A stretch of DNA of 64,000 nucleotides from Phoronis australis (taxonomy: Eukaryota > Animalia > Phoronida), in assembly GCA_002633005.1 (NCBI GenBank), contig NMRA01000041.1, forward strand, positions 371,016-435,015, written 5' to 3'. The notes beneath the pieces were generated by a model that worked only from the letters and a program-made list of their open reading frames with translations, was not told the DNA's origin and ran no database searches. The position numbers and the translations under genes are program-made. How positions within the stretch are numbered: position 1 is the stretch's first letter; each line of letters opens with the position of its first letter. This document shows positions 48,001 to 62,558 of this stretch, piece by piece.

Positions 48001-51000
48001 CATGTCATTTTACTCTAAAACCCCACGTGACGGAATCTGCGGTTGGAATATCGTGATCGACATTTATGCCCATAAGAGAACATTTTGCTTGTATAATACA
48101 CGATTAGTCGGCTGGTTTACTGTAAATACATGTAGTGAACGGGCAACAGGGCGAAGGGAAGCCGCCCATAAACCACTGCTGGAATTTTTGGAATCACGCA
48201 TGTATGAAGGCGGATACACAAAATCAACGAACGTAACTGCAAGGCTATTTCATTATTCACGGAGCAAGTCTTCTAAAGTGAAACATGGGTTGGCAGTCTA
48301 CATTTGCATTGTTGACTACCATGCGGCTCTATTCCAAACCGGCTTACGAGTTAAATTGACATAATGTCACTGTCGCTTTTATTAGCCCATTGAGCCCTGC
48401 GTTCGAGACTAAACCTGATTTTGACATGTCAGTGTATTCTGCCGCTCTAATGTACGTGGCACTGGTATTACTACTGCATTAGCTCATGCCGGATTTACTG
48501 CTGTGACAGTGACTGGCCAAGATTCCACACAAAAATTCGTGAATCGTTCCCCTCCGAAAATACACTAAGGGTGACCAACGACCCTCTCTGGGGGTGGACT
48601 CATCGCGCCTTGGTTTTCGGGAGCGTGATATGCCCTTCTAGTACTATGCGGCTGAAAGAATCATTAGGCTTGAAATGAGACCTTGTGGCTTGTCATGAAA
48701 TAGAGTTTTGGAGACAAACTCTATATGTATATATTCTTAGACTCATTTTAGAAGCAAAGGGTTCCCGTGCAAAATTTGCCGTTGGTGCCCCTAGTCTGTA
48801 AGGCAGTCAGTCAGTGGTAGCTTCAGGTAAATGTGCATTTCCTGGAAATCGTTGTAAGGTGTCCACTTTGGGCCTCCAAGTTCGCTAGATGCACTGCGTC
48901 AAGATCATTGATTATTTCATTCTACTGAGGAACTTGTGACTCGTGTACCCGACTACTAACATAACTAATTAACGTTATGCAAAATCACGATATTTTGAAT
49001 ATATGTTGTAAGTACAATTCAAAAAACAACAAGTGGTAACTACTAAGCGGTCGATATTTTGCAGACAGTTTTCATTATTTTCACTGTTTGAATGAACTAT
49101 GCCGAGTTTATGAAATCGATTCTTTAAAAACACCTAACAAAAGCCATGTCTACATGCGGCTTAATTCCGCGTAGCCATGATTCACACGTGGTCGAATCGT
49201 TCCATCTCACTTCTCGCTTCTGTTTAGTTATGAGCTTGTGGGGTCGGATTTGTTTCCAGTGTTTACACTTAGCGTGGATGAACGCGACGCTGAGACACCG
49301 TCTAAAAGCTTTCACTATTCACCGGCCACGTAGGTCAAATATTAGACAATCGACTAGAGTAAGTAAAATAAAACCACCGCACCTTACAGGGTCACTTGGA
49401 AGCGCTTTTCAACAGGCTGCAAACGTACCGTCAAACGACAGTTTCACACGTGTTCATTATGACGTCCACGGTGAGTGCAATTTTTCCTACAGTATATTCC
49501 ATGCAGACAACAATTCTCATTTTCAACAAAAGGATATGATATTATAAATATGCTGTTTAAAACCAATTCCAGTAGATCACACTGGCCAGCGAGATGTGTT
49601 CAAAACTTGAACTCTATGCGAAACAAATTTTTAAACCAACATGATCATGTAGGGTGGCACTAAGCATTGCTCCTTTAATGAAATGTTGTAGTGCAAATGA
49701 GAATTGTGTGACTCTTTTTGAGTGTCATTTTTCTGTTAAACAGCGTTCTCTCTTCGAAGCATAAAAGCTCATAATATGAATGAAGACACCAAATTGTAAA
49801 AAATTTCCTACCAAACGCATTCATGTTAGGATGTGCTCATTTGTTCAATTTCCTGGAAATTAGGGACTTAACAAACAGAGAACCAACACAGTAACCTTAC
49901 ATTTTGTGAATAGTTTATCTGCGCGCCACAAATCGACAGATGAAACATGATATTTCGTGAAAAGGAACTTTTGGTTCATTTGTAAGACACACGAAAAACC
50001 ACGAAGGAGTTCTCTTCCGAGGTGTTAGGTTTAAGTGAGCCATCGACGATCACTATGAATCACTGTCATGATACTGTGTCAGTGTTACGTAAAAAAGTAC
50101 AAGGACGTATGATCAAACGATAAAATGTGGAAACAACATAAATATCTCCTGTAATAGAAACTTAAAGAAATATTTCTCTATCCTAACCCACGACAGAATT
50201 GCGCCAAGTCTATAAATTGACGTTCTATTGTAATATCTCTGAAAAGAAATTTCGTCTTAACTAAAGGATTCCTACCTCAGTTTTCCCTGTAAACAGTCGA
50301 ACAGTGAGCCTTTTATGAAGTATTTCAACCACTAGTCAACAGAACGCCTTTCTGGGTTATCTGTGTAGGCTTACAATTCATACGATGAAAATAGGTAAAT
50401 AAATACAACAAAACGGAATAGAGTTGAAATGAAAAAATATTTACAATGAATTCTTGACAATGTTTTTACGAAATAAATAACTACTGCAAATCGCCCATGT
50501 TTTCAACCACAGGATTCTGTATCAATACGTGGAAATCTACTTTGATTAAATTCTAATATTTTTCTGCATGTATAGATGTTTTTCTCATTACTTTAGCTAT
50601 GCAATACATACATGTACTATATTATAATGCAGCTTAATGTTTCGTCAGAAAGTAAGTGAATATCAAGAATATAATCTAATCTAATCAAATGAATTAGACT
50701 ACCGTTTCACCCTATTCGCGTATATGTCATTGAGTCAAGGCCGCAATCGTACAGGTGCTTTTTGACAGTTCATTACATTCTTTTTTATTTAAAGCAGTTA
50801 TAATCCTGCTTTCCCTCACAACTTTTGACTTAGACCATCTGTCGTTATGGAATTGGTTTCACACTGTCGCTGAGTCAAAGTAGATTTGAGTTGTAAGCTT
50901 GTAAACTACTGGCAGTCCGTTTCATGTGAAAAGTTTGGTCTCACAGCTACTTACATGTATGAGAAATATTTAAACCTCACTTTAGCAAAAAATATTAAGT

Positions 51001-52250
51001 CTCTGAGAATACACGCATAGCTGCTAGTTACTGGGATAATCTCTACAGATTATTCCGAGGTTGTGATGTGCTTATAATATTACGTGGCTAAAACATTTAC
51101 ATTTAGGTAGTAGTTGTGAAGTGGGAGCGTAAGACCAAATGTCTGTCTTAAGTCTGACGTCACATCTCAAGAAACAGACCCCAGCCTTTACAAGTTGACG
51201 CGGCACGCCATTTTACTCGTCGAACATTGACTCTGGCAGTTAGTTCTTTGCTAGACCAAAATCATTTGAGTGAGGAAAAGGTTAAGACTAATGTTATAGC
51301 GACAAGTAGTTTACCGTAAGTCAACAGTTAGTTTCTTCGACGGACAGCGAGAGTATAGCCGCTTTTAAACTTGTGACTTTTTCGAGATTATGTCAAAATT
51401 AAATCTTAGTTTTGGAGGTTTCGGCAAAGCCGAATTTTTAGGATAAACATAGGGTTCTCCTTCTCACTCCCATGAATTTAAATGTCTCATTATTATTCTA
51501 TCATCTGAAAATCTTCGGAGAAAATTAAGTACACACACAATGAAATTTCGTAAACGAATTAGAAACAGTTAAATGTTACTCAGATGTAGTGGGGATAAAC
51601 ATTAACAATAAAAATTATAATAATAATAAGGTCATGTCTATAATGTAATCACTAATACTTAAAATAAAATACCTAAATACCGTTGTGGTTTGGAATTACA
51701 ATACCTAACCTAAAGCATAAAAATAATTGTACGTAGGGGTCAAAGCGTATTTTCCTCATAATTTAAAAAATACATTTTACTGACGCTTTATAAAGAGTTA
51801 TCCCCAGTATTTCAATTTGTAGTGTATGTTCTAGTTAAACACGGCTTAAGGTTATGTAGGTCTTTGTGGACATGTTTGGGTATCAAATATCTACATGTAC
51901 GAAAGTATGGATTTAAACTCAATAAAAGTATATATATTGTGGAAGTACAAAGCCTTTGAAGTTAAAGTCTGTTTTTAACTTTTAACAACCTTACATTAAT
52001 TGGGACACATGACCATGTGTTTTTGGTAAAATTTAACAAACATGAAACGTTGATAGCAAAACAATGGTATCAGTAACATGACCAAATTTCCCTTTATATA
52101 AATGTTTAAAATCAGAACTCTGGAACACGCCATTTCGGTCTTTTAAATTATTATTTCGCTTTCGTTTTATGATTTTTCATGAGTATCTTATTTTTGATAA
52201 GTCTCACGTGCAAAAGTGGAGCACTTCAAAAAAGTTCCAAAAGAGATTTG

Positions 52251-52409
52251 AGAACAGTCCATAAAGCACAGTATTGGCGAACAGTCCATAAAGCACAGTG
52301 TTGGAGAACAGTCCATAAAGCACAGTGTTGGAGAACAGTCCATAAAGCACAGTATTGGAGAACAGTCCATAAAGCACAGTGTTGGAGAACAGCCCATAAA
52401 GTACAGTAT
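52251..52409. repeat. 27-bp minisatellite, about 6 copies
   Basis: AGAACAGTCCATAAAGCACAGT(A/G)TTGG. Confidence 0.92.
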
Positions 52410-52708
52410 CTGTGTTTCATATGAGTCCGTTCGGTTATTTGTGAGATACGATGTTACGAAGTGAGCCAAATTTGGACATTTTTCTAGGGTCCTAAATAAC
52501 CTTAAATGAAAAGACCTGTGAGATTTAAGGCAATAGTTTGCGGGGTGACTTAACTTGACTTGATATATAAAACATATTTTAAATCCCGCTTCAGCTCATC
52601 TCACTAAAAACTTGTAATGTCACGTTTTTGAACAATTGGCTTTTCTATGAGAGATAAAGGCATTCTTCAGTGACACCTGTGTTCAAAATGGCTCCTGTGG
52701 TAAAATGT

Positions 52709-52888
52709 GAGGAGGCAGTGTGGCCTGGTTGATAATATTGCCCGCTTTCTTTACTCGAGGTCGTGGGTTCGAGTCCCACCATGTCACACTGCTAAACCCT
52801 TGAGCCAGGTTTCTAGCTCCTCAGCTCGGTTTTAACCACATGTTAATAAAGCATGAAAATATTTCCAGGTGATCAGTGCAATGGGCCC
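52709..52888 (+). mobile_element. tRNA-derived SINE (same family as 3705-3880)
   Basis: GGCAGTGTGGCCT...GGTCGTGGGTTCGAGTCCCAC...CCCTTGAGCCAGG...GTGATCAGTGCAATGGGC. Confidence 0.7.
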
Positions 52889-55799
52889 TCAGTGTTAAGC
52901 TGGTTAAAAAACGAAAATCTACTAAGGCCTTTTAATCTCATAAAACCGGTCTCGTAATATTCTTTACCGTGATATGATGCCATTTCCGTTACCAACTCAA
53001 GTCACAGGCAATGCGTACATGCTCCATTTTCGAACTTGCAATTTTGGGATTGAATCATTTTTTGAGTCGCTGACGGTTACACAGTTGTTGCTGATAGCCC
53101 AAGAGAATCCTATTAGAGTAAAAAATATTATGAGACGAAGTTTGTGAGAGTAAAGGGCTTAATTCAATTTTGGTTTTTAGGCAGCCAAACAGCGCGAAAT
53201 AGTTTTAAGACTTCTGTTTTTTCAAAACTGTTCTACATGTACAGTCACGGAAGATCTTGAACACATTTGATGCTTTCTAAACCATTTAGAATTTATTTCT
53301 ATGGAGCTACCTCGATTCTGATGTCCATAAGAATGAATTTATAGATATCTTTAAGTCCAGTTGCTGTCAGTATGTTGTTAACCTTTTGATTAAAAGATAT
53401 ATCAGGACCTCAAGAGGAACAGTATAGTTAAACTGAACAGGTTTTTATTCTGAATAATTATATCGTACTAATACTATTATATATGACCTCAAAGTTTTAT
53501 CCTTCAAAAGAGCTCCCCGCAAACTATCGCTTTAATAGGTACCTTGAAACCTCCATTCAAAATGACAGCACTCAATATCTCTACCAACTACTTAAGAGGC
53601 GAGATTCTAGAATCATGACAAAACCTTTCCACTCAACGGCATTATACTGCTAGCTAAGCGCACAGTTGTTTGCGCTCGCTGTTCAAATTTAACCAAAGCC
53701 AAGACCTGCTAAAATAAAAGTTAATTTTCTCTTAGCCGTGTTCCCATTGTGTGAAAGTTCTTGCAATACGCTAGGCAAACAGACAGAGCCTAGTAAATAT
53801 GCACACAGTGAAGGCAAACAACACAAGTGCCGAGATCTGTCAATCACTATGGTAACAGCTAAGGGTTTATTTAACGGGGCTGTTTGGTTAGAACCCGAGA
53901 GGCACTCCCACTCGGTGGAAGGGCCACTTGGTAGGTGAGCTTGTGAAAAGTAACGAACCCAAGGAGGATGGGAATGGGGCGTGGGGGTGGTGGAAGATCC
54001 GCTTAAATTAGGGCTCTCCTACCTGGGACCAGCAGAAGAGAAAATACTCTAAGAACGCAAAGGAGGTGTGTCAGATAAGTATTTTGACTAGTTACGTCGT
54101 TTCGCTTACTCATAATTGTTGCATTGGAAGTCTGGACAGCAGCAAAAATACTTCCTCAAATTATAATTTACTTTTCTCTTCATTAGTATCTCTGAAAATA
54201 ACTCCTAGCAATGCACGTCGTTTGTCGATTGGAAAATACGATTGACACCCGCTGTTGATGCATGGTATAGAGAGTCTCAGTTTTACAAATATGACACACA
54301 TTATGCGGTACCTTATATTCGTTTTCATTAAATGTTACACTTTTAAGTTTTATAAAAAATGAATTCATTGCAACAACCAGTTTTTGCAATACGTTGAGTA
54401 TCGCAGGTGTGAATATGGTCGTCCATGTACGAGATTGAAATTACTATTGAAAAAGGAAATGAAGTGTTACAAATTTCATGACCGACATAACTTGGCCATG
54501 TGCGAAGACAGATTTCTCCGGCTATGATTTCCATTTTTTCACCGTAAAACATTCTAATAAATCAGGGAACTATAGATACGTATGTCAGCAACTCAAGTGA
54601 CAGCTTGCTTGAGTGATAATTTGAATTCAGCATCTCGTAGCGTTTAGTAATGTTAAATTTCCCCTACCACAAAAACAGCGAGGCGTTGGGTCCAAGCTCG
54701 CTGTTGTAATAAACATAATTTCCTCAAGTATTAAGACTGGAGATTTATTGTAAATGAGGATTACAAATGTACAACAATGACTGTGTTCGAAATAGCGTGC
54801 TAATCCACAGCTGTTCTCTCAAGTGAAAGGTGAGAGGATTCCGAAAATGGCCCACACCTGTTACGACCTCGGTTTGACTCGGTTTTTCTGTTTGTTTAGG
54901 TTGCTCAATTGAGACATTTATATTGATGCAAGGGATAAAATAAAATCCCCCTAGGCTCATTTCAGCTCGCCGTCACGGCCTTTCACAAAACTCTGGCAGT
55001 TTTATTACAACGGAATGACTCGACTTAATTTGTATAGTGCAGATTTGATGTTAAACCGGAAGCCGAGCAAGGCTAAATAACAGAGTCCCTGGCTTACAGA
55101 CCATTTCGGCACTTCTGCTACACAAGCATAACTGAGATGCAACAGAAATAAAATGTATTCACAAGGACAAGTAATTACGGTGAATCGTAAATGGCAACAT
55201 TTCGTTCACAAACTGCTGAATAAGTTACACAGGTCATGCATTGCATAAAATGCAAAATCGATGTCAGATGGGTTACGTTGCGATAGACTAAAATTTCAAA
55301 CTGTACAAAACTGTCTTCAGAAGGTACGAGGAGAGGCAAATATCATTTCTCAGTCTAGACATCAACGGTTAGCCTACTATTGTTGAGATTTTAGGAAGGT
55401 TCTCGTTTGGGTTTATAGCTAGAAGACGAGCAAGAAGGGTAAAAGTTCTCCGCCAACTGCTTTTCGACGACTTACACTTGACTCCAATTTTAACTGTTCA
55501 GATGTTGACACACTTTGGAGTGGGAGGGAGAATTGCTGAATCTGGGCTATCGGGAGGTATAGGCTTTTGTGACCAGGGATAGATAATAGAGCTCCCGTCA
55601 CATTCTGTGTAATAAGTGACTGCGGAAGTACAAGTTCGTTCCCAGAAGCCTCTCCCGGCAGCGTCGCTGTGGTTATTCGGCGAAATTGTATACTCAGTTT
55701 TATAGTCACGGGTAGTTTGAACCAGGGTACTATGTCTTTGGATCGCCGAAAGTTTTTAAACACAGAGAATCCCTGCTTCATTTTTTCTACTTTTATATG

Positions 55800-56900
55800 C
55801 ATAGTACTCCTAGGAACCCTCCGAGAGCAATTTAACAGAAAAACATTTATTGCAGAACGCAAAACCAAAATACTGCATTGAACGATATACAAAAGCTGCC
55901 AGAGCAGATACATGGTTACAATATACTCCCCAGATATTGAAAATCCGTCGCCAGTCAATTTAATTGATTTGGAAAGGTACATTCAGAATTTGTACTCATG
56001 TTTTCAGGTATTCGACGGCGACTCGATAGTTACATAACCTATTTAAGGCAAGATGTTGGCATAGCTGAGAACGATCGACTTCAGCTTTGTCACATAATGC
56101 CATTGTCTGGGTTTGTGTATTCAACGAAAAGTCACTGACTGGTTTTTCAAGTTCCTGTGCAGAAAACACTTTGTTGGACGGACCGAACATTTCATCAAGC
56201 ATCGTCATAATTGGAGGTATCGTTGAAAAGTCTCACCACTATTTGCCTTATTTGTTACAAATATAGTCATGGTCGGACATTTGGTAACACATATACTAGC
56301 ACCTCACTAGAGCAAATCAAAATAAAAAACGAAGTTTTCCAATGTTGGAAAACCTTTCATATGCTAAAGGTCTTCTTTCACAAGGATACTAAAACCCTGT
56401 TTTAATGATTTCAACCAATCCTCGTTCTGTCACATGCTAATGCATCATTGGTGTCAATCTTCCAAGTGAAAGACAGGAATCAATTAAAAACTCATATTCC
56501 TTATCTCACAAATTGGATATTGTGTTCCTTGATGCGTGGTCTTTCCCCACAGTCGCCCAGTAATTCGCTAAAAGCGTAGGTCACACTTGCCGTTTTAGCA
56601 AACTTCGTAAGGAGTTTTCATATTTTCCTCCAAACATTTGAGGGTTGTGCAGGGTTACAAAGCAATATTTTTTTAAGAGAACCGGATGGTCAAGTCGTTT
56701 TTAGTATCTGTTAATAGGACAAAACCGGGTTTCGTATCCTTTTAAGGTCAGTGTTCATAGAATGGTTACTTCTGACAAGCAATATTAATGTCTTAGTAAA
56801 TGAATTCACCGACTATCATCTTTTCTAAGTTTGCCGGGGCACTGTGTCGCGCACTATGGGATTTCATGCACCCTCAATTTAGAGTAAAAATTTACTCGGT
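55800..56900 (-). pseudogene. Possible decayed Mab-21/cGAS-like nucleotidyltransferase sequence
   Basis: Ordered fragments across shifting frames: DINI, DTKPGFVLL, LIPVFHLED, EIIKTGF, WKTSF..SEVLV, EYLKT, IDW; many stops. Confidence 0.3.
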
Positions 56901-57226
56901 ACTTTTCAACTTATCACAAATCTCCACTTGGAAGTAAGTCAGTATCGTAACGAATAACCAACTTCACTCATCTGCTGTTAAATTCATCTATTCTGGTTTT
57001 GATAAAAACAAATATAAGCACATCAAAACAAAGCTTTTACTCTTGTGTGTAAAACGAGATGAAGGAGTAGTTTAAGAAATTTACAAATGGCCCAGGGATC
57101 AGAATCTCGTGTGCACATGACAAGATCCCACAACATAGAGGGATGTCCAGACATACAAAGTAGCATGAGAACTCATCACAAATTCAATACCTAGGTGAAA
57201 TTGGAGACGAAAAGGGAGCAGATATT

Positions 57227-58058
57227 GGATTTTTTAAAACCCCTTCAACCCCCCCTCGACCCCCACACCCCACTACCCCCACGACCCACGACCCCCTCGA
57301 TCTACGGCCCACAACCCCCTCGACCCAGTATACACAAGCTCGACTCAATCTGAAGTTAGAAAAAGCACTAACTTGCAGGACCAACGAGTTGAGCCGTGAG
57401 CTAGGCTGGCAATCCCTGTTTACTGCAATTAAGATTCGGCAATTTGGAAAGCCAAAAACAGAAAAAAAAACAACGCCATCACATCAAATTAAAGACCTAC
57501 TAAGGTTACAAATGTCGTTCCCGGCAAAATGTAATCGTGTCGTCTGCTATTCAGTGAATGGCAGATTCAACCTTTTTGGGGGATTGCGAGGAACCGGGAG
57601 TATGTAATTTATTCAGTAAATACAGTTTAAAAATAAACTGATAACTAAAAAAGTGTCCCAACGTTATATGAGGTATATTGTAAACGAGTATACAACAGAA
57701 ATCAAATTATTAAATTGTGAAAATTCGTCCATTCACGTCAAGGTACTCTCTCCCTAAGTTTAGTAGAACAGGGCCATCGGTAGCCGTTCGTGCAGATACT
57801 TCCATGGCAACGACAGCAAGCTCACACTTCGCTATTTCATATCATGTTCTTACACCACTTTCTGTTTTTAACCACCAGACGTCCTACCAGAACAGATTCG
57901 CTTGTTGGTAAGTCTTATGGAAAAGTCATTCAGCGACGTAATATGATTTCGAAATGTGTAAAAAGCGCAAAGATACATCTATTGGTACAAATCGTGGGTC
58001 AAGGGGGTTGAGTATTGGGGTCGTGGGGTGTGGGGGTCCAGAGGTTTTAAAACAATCC
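57227..58058. mobile_element. MITE with C-rich/G-rich subterminal repeats
   Basis: GGATTTTTTAAAACC...ACCCCCACACCCCAC at left; GTGGGGTGTGGGGGT...GGTTTTAAAACAATCC at right. Confidence 0.65.
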
Positions 58059-61000
58059 TCGACAATTTCCCCTCCCTTGCAGAATGCCGACTCACTTTTC
58101 CTCTCACTCACTCAATGAGTGTTCTGTATATGCTGTAAGCTTTTTAATTGGCCAATGATTTCTTGTACTAAGTAACCCATCAAAGTCATTGACTGTTTCA
58201 CACAAAGACAGATCTCGTCTCCATAATTATATATTGACTGATTCCAGCTAATTCGTAAATGATGTTGATAAAATCATTCAGCACATGTTGTATTCATAGT
58301 TTAATGTGGCAAATATTATCATTTTGTCAAACTAATGTGTTTCTTTGGAGTATTTAAAATACGAAACTGTCACGAATATAAGGTCAAAGCCTTACACAGG
58401 TATTCAAATTTACATGTAAAATCATACTCCAATATAAAGGCATTACCTTCTTTTGCAAAACGAATATTATATTATCATATTATACAATATAATATGTATT
58501 TCTTTGATTACCAATTATTTTTGTCTGTTTATTACATATTCATACTAAATCATATTGTCTTACTTGTTGTATCTTCTTTTTGTTATTTTTACTATTTATT
58601 ATGTTTCGACGATCTTTTCATGGTAGTTCCATATTCATCATTGATTATTTAAATCTTGTCTTTCATTTTGTAATCCAGTTTGTTTGTCTTTCTGTCATTG
58701 TATGTTTTACTTAGTTCCCCCATGGAAAGCAATGTTAACTGATAGAGCTACCCTTATTGTAAATATAAGAAAAAAATAAATAAATAAAAAGTAGAATCAT
58801 CATATCGATTGTTTACTTCCTAGGTGTTGTAACTTCATTGTATCGACTATTTTCCAGGCTTTGAGAACGCACGCGGTGCGGTAACTTGGATTTAAAACCA
58901 TGAGCTCTACTCTGAGAGTGTCTGTGTGAACTCGCTCTAAAGGTTGATTTACATGTTACATGTTGTTTTTTTCAGATGGACTTGCATCACAAACAACACC
59001 TCAGTCCAGCTACCTTAATCTGTAAAAATATTAGAAGATATAGACGTTTTGACTTTCGAAGCCAAGTAGCCCAAAGCATACAATAAACGCGTGTGTGTTT
59101 TGAATGGACGTCAGCGCTGGTAGCCCCATTGCAAGGTTCCCAGGGATGTACATTGCAATTGTATGATCAGCCCGTGCGTAGAGTGAATTCGCACTGAACT
59201 GTGTCATCCGACTGTCATCTTTGCTCAACAAATTTCTGTTATCACGACGTGAACATTGTGAGCTGATTTAAAGATGTCATTCAACTACTGTACATATTTT
59301 GATCATTTTCAATTATAACGTTTTTTTTGTTGTTGGGCATTGCACGAAAAATGCCAAGTCAAGGAGCATTCACATCATTTGTATAAATTTGCCACTTTTC
59401 CCCTTGCCACCTCTGTCATCGCCAGTCATCATGATATACATACATGTACCCCGCATAGCCTCTATTTGCGTCATGACAACCAACCTTCCCTGCTTTTGGA
59501 AGAACTGACAGTTCGTTGGAGATTCCGTCTTTATGATTCTAATGAAAAACTAAAGTCTCTTTATGCATTGCTGCTGCTGTTGTATTCTACAATGAAATAA
59601 AGTGACAGGGCTGGAAAACAAAAGGATTTAATAAATTCCACCTTTTAATATTAAGTTAAAACACTATCGGCTTCTGTTAATGTGTGACCAGTCTCCACTG
59701 AATTGGCAATCTGAAGTTCAAACCTTGAGACTTAACCATGAAACTTGTTTGAGGTAAAACAATTCTGGGTTGATTGTCAGTGATAAATTTGGACAGTGAT
59801 GGGGTGGGCATGTCATTTGTCTGTGTACAATACTTTTAGGCAAGCCTAGTGAAATATGACCAAATCTTGGAAACGGCTAGCCTTGGTTTTGGAATTAATC
59901 AATTCCGCGAGATGGTGAACCCGCATTTTTCTAACGATATGTACCGTGCTGCAGATATAAATGACACGATGACGTCACCAGGGTTCTACCCCCTCTCCCC
60001 GACATAAATCGTCATCTTTCCAAACCTCCCCTCCCCTTCAGTTGTATCCAGATGTACTTCACATTTCTGACGCATTTCAAATCGTTTAAAACTGTTCTTT
60101 GCCACTGAAAAACGTAAATGTAAATGCACGTAATATCATCACTTCCTGCTAATACTAAATTCAATAATTTTGCAATCGCCTGGATATTTGTTTAGAAAAA
60201 GCGGTCAAAGCTTTGCAAGAAAACTAAGTGAATGATGTTAGTTATTATTATGTTACTTTAAACTCGAATTACTCAAAAATGAGCAACTTTATTCGTGGGA
60301 AAATTTTAAGACTTTGAAAATGTATTAAGAAATCAAAATATTTTATTGCCTCTTACAGTGCTCTTAAAGAGGAACTTACGCGCTAATTTCTTATCTCCAC
60401 GATTGCTTGGTCAAATTAGTTAGAAACACAACGTATACTAATAGCAACGATGTGAATATGAAGTACGTTAAAAATTGCCAAATGTTTAAGAACGAGTTTT
60501 GTTTCGAAAATGATCCGCCGTAAACCACTCAACTATGTCCAGAAAGTATCGGGACATGGTGTAGGGGAATAACACTGCATGATGCGGGCTATATGAGCCC
60601 ACAAAGTACGTCATTGGTGCAAAGGTTATCTATTTGTAGAATTTTTTGTTTTCATATTTACTAGGTGTCATTGAATACAACTGCACTTTGCTTAGCGTAT
60701 ATGATGTTCAAATAGCGTTATCATTTAGTTCCTGATATTCATTAGCATAGTTAAGATAATGCAACTACATCTTTAAGAAACATTTTCTAGAGACCCTACA
60801 AAACTGGACCAGCCCTTTATTTCAACAACTTAGAGCTAATAATAAGCTTGATTTATACTAAGCTAGTTGCATTGGGCCATTGCGAAAGGAAGAGGGAAGG
60901 AGAGCGGGAACCCGGAATGAGAGGAGGGAGAGAAGAAGCCAGGGATGACGGTAGGGAGAGAGGAAGGGGAGGAAGACCTCGGAGACAGAGTGAAACCTCA

Positions 61001-61656
61001 AAAAGAATAAGAAACGCTAAAACCAGAGGAGACCATAGCAATTCAAAATTAACTTAGAATTGATGCCTTTTAAATTGCATAACCAATAGCGTTCAGAAAG
61101 GGGGGTGGGGCGGGACGACGGCTCCGGGAATCCACATCGGCGTCATCCAATCAAGAAATAAACTTTTTGAAACTGTGACTAATTCGTAATTGAATTGAAT
61201 AGTTCCTATTTTATATTTCATTTTTGTACTTTTTTGACACAATGGTACACTGCTTTTGAGTAGAGAGGGAAATTCAATACAAAATCGCCCGGCATTGTAT
61301 CACCAAATATCTGTACGCTATTGCACATGTCCATGGCCCTCATATTTTAAAAGTTATGAATTAAGAAATAGGAAAAACCAGGGACATAGACCTTACATAA
61401 TCCTTGTAAATCGATATCAGTCATACGTTATCTACTGACAATCGCTCCTGGTTCAGACTTTTCACCATGCATTCATTGCGTAATAAGCAAATTTGACCTA
61501 TCGCCAGGATTATGACTGACGGCTTAAGTGACCAGTCAGAACGCAGCATTCTTAACACACCTTCGTCTTTGTTTCCAAGCCGCCATTTTACCCAACAAAC
61601 AACACGATGTCGTGTAAAACTTATTTTAGTTTATAGCTAAAAAATGAGCGATAGGA

Positions 61657-61867
61657 ATGATGAAACAGCGTTGATATGGCGTGTGTAATTTCGACAGTCG
61701 TTATGCAGCTCAAGAAGAATCCAGTAATTTTTTGGGCATCTCCTAGGCCGAAAAGTGATGTCGAAAGGTGTAAACTACGGATCAAACTGCGTGAACGGCC
61801 ACACGAGCATATGAGCTTGGCAATGTTGCCTGATTACTGGAAGTTTAATCACAAATATATTTGTTGC
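61657..61867 (+). pseudogene. Decayed THAP domain of a transposase
   Basis: MKQR*YGVCNFDSRY(fs)..VIFWASPRPKSDVERCKLRIKLRERPHE...HKYIC; ends where the minisatellite begins. Confidence 0.55.
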
Positions 61868-62480
61868 AGCGGAGGCCACCTGAGGCCAGTGGAGGCCGGC
61901 GGAGGCCGGAGGAGGCCGGAGGAGGCCAGTGGAGGCCAGCGGAAGACGGCAGCGGAGGCAAGTGGAGGCTAATGGAGGACAATGAGGGCCAGTGATGGCC
62001 AGGAGAGACCAGTGGTGGCCAGAGTAGGCTGGCAGACGCCAGAAGGGCCTAGCGGAGGCCAGCGGGGTCCAACAGAGGTTAGCAGGTGGCAGCGGTTGCC
62101 AGCGGGTGCCAGCTGAGGCCAGCTGAGGCCTGTTCAGGCCAGCGGAGGCCTGTGAAAAACTGTAGATAACAGTGGAGACCAGTGACGACCAGTAGACTCC
62201 AGTGGAGGCCAGGGAAGCCAGTGGAGGCCAGTGGAGGCCAGGGGAGGCCAGGGGAGTCCAGCGAATTACAGCAGAGGTCAGAGGAAGTCTGCGGAGTACC
62301 GTAAAGTCCCGTGGAGACCCTTGGAGGACCCTGGAGGCCAGTGGGGGTCTGTGGAACGCAGTGGAGACCAGGGAAGGCCAGCGGAGGCCAGAGGAGGCCT
62401 GCGGAGACCGTTGGAGGACTGTGGAGGCCCGTGAAGGACTGTGGAGGCCTGTGAAGACCAGTGGAGGCCAGTGGGGCCAT
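61868..62480. repeat. GC-rich 10-bp minisatellite (GTGGAGGCCA)n, degenerate
   Basis: Directly visible decamer array; accounts for the overlapping low-complexity ORFs. Confidence 0.9.
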
Positions 62481-62500
62481 TGGTGTCCATTAGATGGCAC

Positions 62501-62520
62501 TAATAATAATGATGATGATA

Positions 62521-62558
<38 letters not shown>

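Noticed and set aside
52251-52409. Regular 27-bp repeats as a CRISPR array or repeat protein
   Set aside because: Head-to-tail units with no unique spacers, no cas genes and a eukaryotic context; a plain minisatellite
55419-55982. 187-aa ORF as a real gene
   Set aside because: No recognisable domain; the protein-like fragments nearby lie in other, broken frames
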